Positions 26,173 through 39,167 of a DNA stretch of 64,000 bases are shown here, piece after piece. The notes under the pieces are model-generated. The model was not told the origin of the DNA. It made no database searches and saw only the letters and a list, made by a program, of their open reading frames with translations. Each line of letters opens with the position of its first letter. The first letter of the stretch is position 1. The position numbers and the translations under genes are program-made. This stretch comes from Rotaria socialis (taxonomy: Eukaryota). The stretch spans positions 1 through 64,000 of the forward strand of contig CAJNYD010000365.1 in assembly GCA_905331295.1 (NCBI GenBank), given 5' to 3'.

Positions 26173-29100
26173 TAAATATCACTGAGTAATAACAAAAATT
26201 AATATGAATATTAAAATTGAATTAAAAACTAAACTAGAATAAAATGAAAGGATCCAAGGTGAGAGTTATAACTCGCCTTTTTCTCTCTCGAGACAAGAAT
26301 AGAGTAAATTTGGACTAAAATAACCGACTGTCGCTATAGTTTCTGTGAAGATTTACATTGAAAGTAGCGATTTGTTCTAGGGTATTCTTCATTATTCATG
26401 ATTACCTACGACATCTGATAATGTTTCGAAGTCTAATGCAATGAAACTAGATTTTAGTAGATGTCACACAACTCGATAGAACGAATAAAACAAATTCATA
26501 AAATAGAATTATCAACCGTTTAATATGAGAATGTCTGTTTACGATAAGTTTTTAAAATTAAACTTCCGCATAAGTAAATTTGTTTTAAAATAAGTGATAC
26601 TTAAATCGAGAAGCCACTTCAATGTTTCATATTATTACTTTTATGTAATACGAATGGCATGAGACAACGTTTGAACTAGTTTTCAATGCATCTTTTAATC
26701 AGTTAGAAATCTCAGGTTCTTCTCAATAGGAAATTTCTTTTTTCAAATGTGCGATTGAATTTGTTGGTTTTCAAACTAATCACTCTAATAGAAAATTTCG
26801 ATTAGATGATATTTACTTAGTATTATTGGAAGTACTTCTTTGCCTAAAAGAGAAAAAATACTTATCTTTATTCAGAAGAATATCTTCGAACGCTTATTCA
26901 GTGCATTCTATTAGCAAGTGAAGATCATTAGTTTTCATTAGATTTTGACGAACTGATGAAAACTCAATTTAAAAAAGGAACCAAAAAAACAATTTCCGTT
27001 TGAGCAGCCCTTATCAACTTTAGAAGAATTAAGAGCTGGAATATTTTCGTTTTGTAAAATAAACCACTCAAACAAATATATCTGCTCGGTGAATATTCAT
27101 CAAAACACACTTCCGGTAGTTTGTAAACATAATTTGATATCAGTTTAAATGGTCGAAACAGAATAGAATTTATATCTTGCCATCGTAATTCATTAAAAAA
27201 TATTAACTTTTTGCTTCTTACTATTTATATCAGATCTCTCATAGAGAAAAAAGTAAATCCATCATGTGAAACAGAGTACATCGAACGACAGAGTGGTACA
27301 CAGGCTTTTTTTTTGTAAAAAAATTCTCTATCGATAAATACCAAGACAGCATAAATTGATGATTATACGTATATAGTGAAAAAAATAGCAAATCAATGCG
27401 GTACCTACAACATTAAAATATAAAATGCAATGGAATGGCTTTAACTATTATTAGAGAACTCATCGTCTGTATGAAAAATCTTGCAAAACTTAATAGAAAA
27501 AGAAACGCTTTATTTTAGAAACCACTAGTTCGTAAAAGATCTATTGAAATCTCTATCACGATTTACTAGTTGGTTATTGGCATATGATTTAATTATGATA
27601 AATAGATTTTGAAGGTGAATGAAAGTTCGTCAATATATTTTATTCAATCGAGAACAACGGACATTGATAACTAGTAAGAGATGAAAAAAGAGCGGGAGAA
27701 CAATATGAATATGAATAGATAAAGAAATGGTTGATTGAGGACAGCAGTAAAAACATTTTCATAGCGAAGTGAATAATTTATTCGGTGAAGAACATTTTAA
27801 TGAGAAGAGTATCGATGACGCCGAAAAGTATAAAATGAAGAGAAAATTATAGTGATGAAAAAATAATTGTATCTAACAAGACAATAATGTGTTACGATTG
27901 CAAAAAAAAGTTCAAAGAAATACAAGAAAGATTGCAGAGATAAAACAAGAAAGAACCAATAAACATTGTTGAGCGTATATAAACTGTCACAAGAGAGTTT
28001 TTAGGAAAACATAGGAGAGATAGATGAAATGTTGTCATCATAGATTTCAACAATTAGGTTTCATTAAAAAAGCTTTAATGATATGAAATAGAAGCTTTGA
28101 ATAATTTCTGTAGTGATGGAGGAATAGGTATTATAGCAAATTGTTGTAGGATCAGAGCAATAGGAATTTACTTATGTAAGCCTGATAGAAACAATTTAGA
28201 ACGGTGAGCAGAAAAACCTCTACCGATTCGTACATAACAATACTCCTCAAATAAGATTCTTTTAGTATAAAGTTTGAGGTGAATTTTTTTCTTCTTCTAA
28301 TAAACATCATACAAGTTTTGTTTCTATGCAAAAATATATTGACAAACTGCTCTGCACTAGATATGTCCACTAAAAATCAGATTAAAAGATTGTTAATTGA
28401 GATTTTACTTCTCCGAGGAAATCATTCATGCGAAGATAATCTCCTATTACTTTCATATACTTTTAGCTTTGAACAGTTGATAACAATCGTATGGATGGCT
28501 ATAAAATTGTCTCATTTGACTTATTATCACTAAATAACTTTTTTCTTATTTCGAAAACACACAATCAATGATATAATACTATGACAATTATTTATATTAT
28601 ACTCCTCTTATTAATGATGATGATTGATTTTAAACGAATATGTATATGTCTATATATATATATATAGCCATCTATTTATCCAAATCGATAAACTCCTATG
28701 ATTTACTACACACAGTGATCGTTGAAATGAGATTCTCAAGCTCATATTTCTTTGATCGTAACTTCCGATATTCTTGATTATGTCATTTTTCAACATTTAT
28801 TATAGCACAGTTGAGTTCATTCATAAAAAATTCAATTAGCACTTATATATAAGAATTTATTTCTAAAAAAAGAACGATTGACTTTGTAAAAAGATTAATA
28901 TTTATTTAATTAAATTGATGTAAATAATATTCTTAGCTTAATTTATTATTATTTTATTTCAACACTAAATATGACCTTTTTCTAATGCTGGAAATTTTTT
29001 ATTAACTTTGTTAGTAAAAAAAAAAATTTGTCGTGTGTTTTAATAGCAATTGAATTTATTAACCTCATTATATATTTTAAAAGATTTATATACGTAGTTT

Positions 29101-30164
29101 CATCATCACAATAGGGGGTAGCAAAGCAATTTAGATAATGTAATTTTTTTTTAATATTACATAAGAATACATTGATATTTAATACTGATCAACTTTTGAA
29201 AATTCCAGTGTTCAATAGACTAGATAGCAATAAATGATGAATTCTATTGACCAATAAAATGCAAAATACAAAGTTAATTGATCACCAGAAGTTCAGAAAG
29301 ACTTTTTTCTTCTTAACATTTGAAAACATACAAGAATCTTTCCGATGTATTGTAAATCAATTTGAAAATAGAATGAATCTTTCATTCTATATACATACAT
29401 AAATATACAGCAAAGCCTAAGAAAACAAAAAAAGGTGATCACACAATCATGTTCAACGATTCATTTGTTCCAATATGTACTTTATCAAATTATTATTCAT
29501 GAGACCTTAAAAGCACATAAAAGAATAATTGATTCGACTTAATCTTGATCAATGTAACCATTCATATTTTATTGAACAATCAACAACTATTTTATTCTCA
29601 AAACTAATGGTTAAAGAGAAACAAAAACAAAGTCATCATTCATATCAGATAATCATCATGATCGCTTTGATAAAATAACTAAATTTGTTCAATTGTGACA
29701 AAAACAAAGTAAGTCTTTCATCTTCCGCTACCCATATATATAGGTGCATCTATGTATATTTAGGATTAGAATCATTAATGGAACTTTAGGAGCGATCAGA
29801 GTAGATTGACTTTTATCGTTTACTTATATTCATGAAAAGTGTAATTGAGTTTTTTTTTCTTTCTTCTCTTCATCCGGATCATTATCATCATCTATCCCTT
29901 TTGGCAAACTATGTGTGAGTGTGTGTGTTTGTGTGCATACGTGTGTCAGATAGTATTAACATATCACGATGCGCGAACGCACGCGTAAACGTATCTTTAT
30001 ATGTATACATACATACATGCATATATATAGAGATACATATATGCATATAGTCGAAGGCGTTTGTTCACGTTTAATTGTAGATTATCATTCCGACGCATGT
30101 GAGTGAATGGTAGGTTTTGTGCTTCTTTGTGTCAGTATCATTACAGCAGACAAGCGAAGAGTGA

Positions 30165-30225
30165 AAGAGAGGGAGAGAGACAGAGAGAGAGAGACAGAGA
30201 GAGAGAGAGAACGAGAGAAGAGAAG
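30165..30225. repeat. (GA)n-rich microsatellite
   Basis: gagagagacagagagaga… run. Confidence 0.9.
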
Positions 30226-31521
30226 AAAAAAAAACTCATTTGTAAAAGGATTACGCCTACATCACATGCACATTTTTAAATATAAATCAGTGTGCTAGTG
30301 ACACCGGTTCAGCCTGAAGCCTGCTGAAAAATACGATTTCAAGGTACACATAAATACCAGAATACCCTCTGGGTTCTACGATGCTCTGTTTCATTTTCTT
30401 ATCAAGTCTATTCGACGTAGCAGGTAGGCTGCAAGAAGCATGAGAAAAAGCGAAAAAAAAGTGCACAATGCCATCATGATGAAGTATTGTCAAACAAAAG
30501 AAATTGAAAGAGCATTTGACCCTTATTTATCAAGAATATATGCCGTCTCGTCATCGCCGTTACCATCGTCGCCACTATCGTCATGTAATATGCATTCTCG
30601 TGTAACGTTGCTTTTACATGCAGGTGGACCCAACACGATTGTGTGTGCGTGTGTGCTTAAAATTAACAAAATGAGAATAAAGAAAAAAGGCGACCGCGTT
30701 CATAGTGAACATAGTTAGTTCGTTTGTCTTAAATTAAGTATTCTCCTTGAAAGACATTTTTCTTTCTTTCGAAGCTGTAGTTAAACAAACATCTAGAATA
30801 TTTAATCGGAATTGTAAATATCTTTCATGCGATTATACTCGTTAGGTTCTCCCTCCTTCTTCATTTTCTTTTCTTCAACTTGAATTTTAACATCGTAAGA
30901 CATCTTGTATATACACATGTCTATACTGGCTTTATTAACACTTGACAGTTAGAAAATGAATGTGCTGGGCTTCTGTCCAGTCAAGTGTTAGTTCGAATTT
31001 TAAGATAGAAAGACATCACCGTTCAATTTTTAAAAAGCTCCTAGAGCCTACTTCACATGTTGTTTTCTTTTGCGTGAAAAATAGTAACAAAAAGAAAAAG
31101 TCTAAATAAAAAATGAAGTAGAGATCGAAGACGCAAGAGAAAGAAAGAGACAGAGCGAAAGACAGAGAGACAGAAAGAGGGAGGGAAAGAGGTCACACAC
31201 ATTTTTGCTACGGTGACATACATATATAAAATATAGGCAATTTAATACGCATAACCTATTTAGAAGAATAAGAAGATGATCAAAACCTGTAAATTTTCGC
31301 TGCTGGCCAAATAGCCCACTTCAATTTCTCGCTATTTCTACACTTACTCTAGGTCTATTCAAGGTACTACTATTCATCACCTGCTATCGATGTACGCATA
31401 AAATCTAAAACACGTCAAAATTACATAATCGTTTCAATTTCATTTCGTCGCTTGAACTCGCCATCTTTTCTCTCCTGCCCATTTTTAACAGTATACAAAG
31501 CATTCATTCAACCACAATCAA

Positions 31522-32586
31522 ATGACAACACATACAGCCACAACGCTTGATGACTGTTCTCCTCATCGTCATCAAACATTGTACAGCAATCGAATTTATG
31601 CTCGTACAACAACAGCAACACGTTTATCAAACGTAAATCGACCATTTCATTCTTATTTAAAAACATTACCACCCATAAATATTTGTGAAAATCTATTATA
31701 TGGCGTAACAATAGCTGGCGATGTCGGATTAGCTACTCCATCATCTTATATTAATAGTAGTGAACATTATGATAATACATTTGCAAATACTTACGATAAT
31801 CCAATTGAATATTTTGAAAATGTAAGTTTATTATAATATTTATGATGAGAAATTATTATTAATAGTTTTTTTTCTTCAAAATATTGTTTTATTCAGTATC
31901 CTTCAAAATCAATTGATATTGTGAATAGAAGTTTGAATAATCTTCCACATTCGAAAGAGAATTTTTATGATCATACAGAAGCCGATCGTAATAATGAAAA
32001 ATATTCATCCGATACTTCTCATAGTACATCACCTGTTTTTTTCTATTTGGAAAATAAAAACTTAGCCATATGTGCATGTATCATTTCACTTCTTTTACTT
32101 TTACTTGTTGGTCTCGGAATTTTCGTATTAAATAAACTTATTCGTCCCGTTATTATTAATACGACTGTTAACAATCATTACGGTATAATGAATACGACGA
32201 ATACAACAACAACAACAACAACAGCAGCAAGTTCAGTAATGGCATCTCGTTCGATAATTTCAAAGTCACTCGTCATGCCTTTAAGACGATCATCTATAGA
32301 TATTTTAACAACATCGACTACTACAAAATTAAGAGACGATTTCGATTTTCCGTGTCCACCTAAGCGCTGGGGAAAAGTCTGCGAAAATATGTGTAAACCA
32401 TGTGGTCTCGGTGTATGTGATCCGATAACAGGCAATTGCATCTGTCCAGAAGATTTGTATGGGGAATTTTGTGATCTATGGAAAGGTATCTATGCATTTT
32501 ATTGCGAAGATTATAGTAAAATGCTAATTTATTGTTGTTTATTTTTAGTTAATGATAAGCCGAAACGTGGCGATATGATGAGTTGA
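31522..32586 (+). CDS. Single-pass (probably type II) membrane protein with Thr-rich stalk and C-terminal EGF/laminin-EGF-like domain; exons 31522-31821, 31897-32485, 32549-32586
   Basis: One TM segment (LAICACIISLLLLLLVGLGIFVL), a poly-Thr stalk and CPPKRWGKVCENMCKPCGLGVCDPITGNCICPEDLYGEFC. Splice phases are compatible. Confidence 0.75.
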
Positions 32587-32845
32587 ATTTGATTGTTGAT
32601 GTATATATATTTTTAAAAGAGCCTATTGTTTTTTTCTTTTGTATGTCAAAGAATGAATAATTATTAAAAGAAATACCATTATGTGAACGAAATGTGTTCA
32701 ACAACAACATCCGCCCATTTAATAGTTTCTTTAATGATATGTCTATAAATTGTAAAAAAGAACAAAACTATAGCAAATCTAACATATTGATTCACAAAAA
32801 GAAATGATTGAAGTTATTTAATATAAAAAAAAACCAAAACTACGT

Positions 32846-33228
32846 CCCCGGTCAAACATTTTTATTCATGCGCTTGTAAGACTTGAGCTCAAGATGTATC
32901 CATAGTTCTTGACTTTCTTGCTCAAGACAAGTGCTTGAATGTTTGCATGAGTTACAAAAAAAATGCAAGCATAAATTTTTATAATAAGTTGAGTTATTTT
33001 GAATGTAAAATTGAAAAACAAATTGAAAAATTTCTTTAATAACAGAAACGCTTAGATAAAAATTCAAGCGCATGAGCAAAAATATCCGGCAGCATGAGCA
33101 ACAAGTTTAAGAACTTGAGCTCATCAAAAGGCCTCATGTCTTGCCTCAAGATGTGTCCATAGTTCTTGACTTCTTGCTCAAGAAAGTCAAGAATTGCATG
33201 CGCTTTCAAAAAATGCTATGACTCGGGG
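32846..33228. mobile_element. MITE (~380 bp) with CCCC…GGGG terminal inverted repeats
   Basis: ccccggtcaaacattttt at the left end vs aaaaatgctatgactcgggg at the right end. Internal duplication of ctcaagatgt(a/g)tccatagttcttgact(t)tcttgctcaaga. Confidence 0.7.
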
Positions 33229-34865
33229 TATGATCATTCATGTGAATGCATAATTCTAATGAATCAACTTTAAAGGAATATTTCTGAAAGATATTCGTAT
33301 CGTTTTTTATTATTATTGTATATAAATATTTCTTTTGAAAACGAGATACACTTCAACGTTCTTTTTTATTATTTAATTGAAGAATTGAAAACGTTCTCAA
33401 ACTATTGTAAGAAAAAAAGCGACGATCATAATTGTTCTTCTTTCAACAGTGATGTGTCTGCGCATAGGTTATACGTTACTCCCTATTCATAGATATCACA
33501 AGGTCTAGTATATGAAACTTATGCATGCATATGTAGCCGTATATTTTATACGATTAGATGTATGTGTATGTATGGAGAGAAAGAAATCAAGTGCCATTCA
33601 ATTATAAAAATATTTCTTTTGTGAAGGGTCATGCCTTATTTAATATTTATGACAATATAGTGATAATTCATCTTAAAGTAATACTTCATTACTCAATACA
33701 GTCTCTGAATAAGATCATTGTTTGAAAGATGTATAATTGTGCACTGATCATAATTCTAGATGTCAATAACTTGCCTATTATAAAATATGCAAAATCAAGT
33801 GACTCAAGGTAATCGGAAAATGAAAAGTACTACTCAAATTTCCAATACAGAGTTCAGGGTGATTTACACGATCAGTTACATATGATTATAACATTGGTTG
33901 GTTGCTCCGTATGCAATATTACATTTTTTAAAATAGATTTCACACCGTGTCATTCACGTCTTGTAAAAAAAAGTAATCAACAATTGATCATCTACTTTTA
34001 AATCAATGAACCCATTCGAAAGCTATCGTGCATAAAAGAATATGATAAAACAATAAATCAATGACATATTTCATTAGATCGTCCTGCATTTTTCATCTTT
34101 AGAAAATAAAAAATATCTTCAGGATACTGGTTTGAAATTAGTAAATTATAAAATGTTCTACGATGTATTCCTATATTTTTACGTGTCATTTCAGTACAAC
34201 AACGTTTATTATATCGATACATAGGACAGGCCATGAATTATGCAAAAAGACTGATTTTACTATTAACAGTATTATTGAATAATTTTAAATAAAATCAGCT
34301 ACAAACAAAAATCTTTTTTTTTAACGCTCTATACATGTTTATGTGCGTACATATACGTTTGTATAGACGATTAGGCGTAAATGATAAATTTTATATTCAT
34401 AAAAGAAGCGTATCTTATCGTAATGATCGAAAATATTTGAGTTCAATACTACAGATTTCTTGTGCAAACAATTATGTAGAACTTCAACAGTTGATTTTAA
34501 TTTATATTTTCAATGATTTTAATTATTTTGGTATTAACTAGTTTCGATAGTTGAAAGAACGATAAACACTCAGTGAAACAACCTTGCTTTTTGATGAAAG
34601 CGAGTAAATAAATATGAGAAACGTCAATCGACTAAATGTTTGTGCGTGACGATATCAAGACAAGCACACTTCGGAATTACTTCATATAACCTTCGTTCAT
34701 ATGCAGTAATGGTCCAACAACCTTGTTACTTGAAGGTTTTTCTACATTTATTTATTTGCTCTCATACACCTTTTTGTGCACATAAACGTCTGCTGTAACA
34801 AGGATGTTTTCTCGGGTAAAAAAATTTATTTAGATACTGACAGTTACATAGTTTAAAGTTTTTCA

Positions 34866-35805
34866 ATGATCGGCAAGCGTATATTTGTAAGCGACATTCC
34901 TTATAGGATTGAAGGCAAGATTGGTCATGGTCTGCACAGTATTGTGTATGGTGCTCGTGATCTCTACAGTGGCGAATATGTAGCTATTAAAATTATAAGT
35001 TTTGCTTCTGGATCAGCATCAAATCAACAAGTATTTCAGAAAGAACTTGATATGCTTTTATATTTACAAGAATTAAATTCGTATGTTATTCGTGTATTTA
35101 ATTATGATTATAACGAACGTTATGGAGTCATTGTTATGGAATATGGTAAAACACTGCGTGATACTTTCGTATCATACGCTATAAGTGGTACACGAATGCC
35201 ACCATCTCTTATTCGTTCGTTTTGGTCACAAATGATTCAAGCTATTTATTATATGCATCAAATTGGAATTGTACATGCAGATTGTAAACCTGAAAATTTT
35301 ATTCAAGTTGGTCCAGGTGGAACAAGCTTACGACTTATTGATATGGGTATCAGTTTTCAATTGCCGTCAAATATGACTAGTCGTTTACATACTGCTGCTG
35401 GAACACCAGGTAAATTTTCATAGATGTATCAAGAAAATCAAAACTTAACACATGGGTGTTTCTTTTTTCTTTTTATTAAAAAAAATAGATTATGTATCTC
35501 CAGAAATGGTTAATGCGCGAGCCGGTTTAGGTTCTCAATCAAAATATGGTTATAAATCTGACATATGGGCACTTGGTATTATTCTATTTGAAATGACATT
35601 CGGTTTTCGACCATTACAAAATTTAGGTGGTAATAGAACCAAGTTAACTTTTCTAGCCCGACTAACAACAAGAGATATCGTCGTACCTAACCATCCTGAT
35701 ACAGATCTGTACGATATAATTAGATGGTGTTTAAGATCCAATCCTCGTCGACGTCCAACTATTGAACAGATATTGAATCATCCATATTTGACAAGAAAAC
35801 GCTAA
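34866..35805 (+). CDS. Mps1/TTK-like protein kinase, kinase domain only (~286 aa); intron 35410-35488
   Basis: IGHGLHSIVY, VAIK, FWSQMIQAI..HQIGIVHADCKPENF, LIDMGI, GTPDYVSPE, KSDIWALG, RPTIEQILNHPY closely follow the Mps1/TTK pattern. Confidence 0.85.
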
Positions 35806-35962
35806 ATTGAAAAAAAATATATAACTTTGCATTTATTTCACGTGTCATATATGTTTCTCTTTTGGTTCTTTTTTTCTTATTTTATATTCTCATTATTTTA
35901 AATGACCTATCTCCATTACGAAAACTAACTGACTCGTCATAGATTGGTATGCTATATGCTCA

Positions 35963-35979
35963 ATATATATATATATGTA

Positions 35980-36012
<33 letters not shown>
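35963..36012. repeat. (TA)n microsatellite
   Basis: Visible run between the two kinase genes. Confidence 0.9.
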
Positions 36013-36355
36013 GCATGCGTATGATGTAATATATATAAATGTGTGAAGCAAGAATAGTATATCTATAATATAAAAAAAAAGAAAAAGAAAAAAGAGAAAA
36101 CTTCACTTGATGATTGCATTACTCCTACACTTCTTGTTTTGTCCAATATTGCTCTATCACTTACTGTCGTTTTTTAAATACATTTGTACATCATCTAGCT
36201 AACCGCGATACTGCATCTCACCTTTTTGCTTATTTTATCACATTTGTATTTGCATGCAAGGCAGACGAAACTGTTCTTCTTCGTATTGTATATACATTTG
36301 AATAATAGAGTGACTACTGAAATTTTGTTGACAAATTTTTTTTTAAAGTCTTAAC

Positions 36356-37315
36356 ATGGGTGACGTTATGTTGCCAGGACGTCATTTAAATTTACGACAT
36401 GGATTATATAAGATTGATGGCATGCTTGGTTTTGGTCTTCATTCTAAAGTCTACTCAGCACATAACACAACAACAAAACAATCCTTGGCCTTAAAAGTAA
36501 TTGATTTGGAACATCAAAACGTTACTGTAAGAGCATCAACAATATCACGTCGACAAAGTTTTCAAAAAGAACTTCAATATTTATTACGTTTACAATCCGT
36601 TAATCCATATATTGTTCGTATCTATGATTATGATATAAAAAATTCCGGTGTTATTGCTATGGAACAAGGCACACCACTTCGATATTATTTACCTAAATAT
36701 CCAACTTCATCGATACCAAATTTACCACCGCAAACTGTAAATCATTTTTGGCGACAACTTGTTGATGGTGTAAGATTTTTACATCGTGCCCGTGTTGTAC
36801 ATTCTGATCTTAAACCAGAAAATCTAATTGTTTTACCCGACGGACAAATACGTATTATTGATTTAGGTATTATAAATATTTGATATTATTGTTTTTGTTT
36901 TTGTCTTCGTTCTTTTTGTTTTATAAATTGTTTTTGAATTATAGGTATTTCATTTACATTGCCTCGTATGGTAACAGCTAAACGACGTGTGTGGGCTGGG
37001 ACACCTGATTATAGTGCACCAGAAATGCATAAGTCATCAAGAGGTCTTCCACCTAAATACGGTTACAAAAGTGATATATGGTCATTGGGAATTCTGCTTC
37101 ATGAAATGTCTACTGGTTACCGCCCATTATATGCATTAAATAGCAATTGTGAAAAGATTTTTTATTTAAAGCATTTATATCGCGATCTTCCTATAGATAT
37201 AAATGTTTCACCAGGTGTTTATGATGCAATGAAACGATGTTTACGATTTAGACCAAAATATCGGCCAACATCAGAACAACTTTCTTTACATCCTTATACT
37301 GTAAATGGTTTTTAG
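36356..37315 (+). CDS. Mps1/TTK-like protein kinase, tandem paralog (~293 aa); intron 36867-36944
   Basis: LGFGLHSKVY, LALKVIDLE, IVRIYDYDI, HFWRQLVDGV..VVHSDLKPENL, IIDLGI, GTPDYSAPE, KSDIWSLG. Confidence 0.85.
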
Positions 37316-39167
37316 AAACAAACAAAAAATAATAATTTTTGTTTTTCTTTTATATGATACAATTAAAACAGATAAGTATTGACAAACGGTGACAAAATTC
37401 TTCTAGTAGAAAAAGCGATCAAAAATATTTTGAAAGAATTGATAATCAGTAATGAAATTGTACGACCGTAGAGAAAGCAAATTTTAATTCAATAAACAGA
37501 CTTTTAGATAGTTAATCAATATAAATAGTTTCATAGACAGACAAGCATGGCAAGTTTGTTAGTTCTATTTGTGAACTATTCGACACTTGTTATGCGAAAA
37601 AAATAAATAATTATACTTTATTAATTTTTTATCAATTTTGCCTTTCTTATTCATCCTGTATAGAAACATATTTAGTATGCGATTGATTACCAAAATATAA
37701 TTAGACACTGTGTTTACACTTCAAATAAGGTATTCTCACTGAAGAGTCATCATAGAGTATCATATCAATTTATCTTTGTGGCTAATAGTTTATATTTTTG
37801 TTGTTGCTTAGTCGTTACTATAAATTATGCAGCGAAGATATACATATACGTTATGATATGTGAATGTGCACTGATAGATTAAGAAACTATTCATGTATAG
37901 AATTAAATTTTTAAAATGATTACAAAGGCACAGATTAAGTTTCTTTTTCTATAGTAAAAATATGATTTCATAGAAACGAATACCTAATTGTTGTCTTTCG
38001 TTTTTTCATCTTATCAAACAAAATGCTTTATTCAACTTGTCAAAGTATTGACTGTAACAGCTTTTGTTCACTTGGACAAAATTGGAAGAAAATAAAATGA
38101 CAACATTAATTTTTCTATCATCACCATCGATAGAAGAAAAAAAGCATCTATGAGCGATAAACAAATGTTTCGGTTGAAATCGACCTTAACTAACAAACAT
38201 ATCTATCTATCTAACTATTTTTCCCACATAAGTCTTGCTGAATGTCAAACCGTTGATAGTACAAATTAATTAGAAATAAATCATGACAATGATTACAATT
38301 GTATTGTTGATAATAAATGTTACTATACAAATCTTGAATAAACAGGAAATTGAAATAACCTTGAAACAAAAAGAAATCGATATACTTCCTTAATACATAA
38401 ATCCAACTTCATCTCCTATTCGATTGAAAGGAAATATGATATGACACAGTTTACAAGCTCAATTTACTCGAAATAAATAAGTGATCAAATATTACATGAA
38501 TTACTTTTACAAACTATATTTATATAGAGTTAAACGAAAGACAAATCTTCTCGAGTGATTTCTTAAAGCAAATATGAGATGACCATTAGTTGTTCAATTC
38601 TTCCAAAATCATACTAAGCATCATGCAAATTATTATTTTTTTATAGACAGAACAAAAAAATCTCGTGTAGCTAATCAACACATACACACAATCAAATATA
38701 CATATAACTGCGTGCATTCATACAAAAAAAAACAAAGAAAAGGAGCAATACAGCTGTTATAGTAAAACAAAGATCAGATAAGACATTCAGTTTTTTTTAT
38801 TAATGGACATACGAGACACAAAATATATATATGTATAGAACGAGAGAGAGAGAGAGAGCACCATTCAATAAGAAAACGCACACATTAAAGGTTGATTAAT
38901 TGATACAATGTACAGAAATAAAATAAGGATTAATTCTTATACAAATAAACAAAAGAAAAAATAAACAATTTTCATTGATATGAAATGATTTCTTTTTAAC
39001 CAAAGCAGAAAACAGAGTTGGTGATTAATATCGACTAGAGTCATATTGCAAGAGATGAAACAAACAAAAACAAATGAAATATAAGATCGACGAATAAGAT
39101 GTATTTGGATTGATATACTTGATATCACAAGAGAAACAAAATAAGAAGATAGTAGAAAAGTATATCA

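Noticed and set aside
17372..37315. Mitotic gene cluster (cdc27 plus Mps1-like kinases)
   Set aside because: Separated by unrelated genes and about 12 kb; no evidence of functional clustering.
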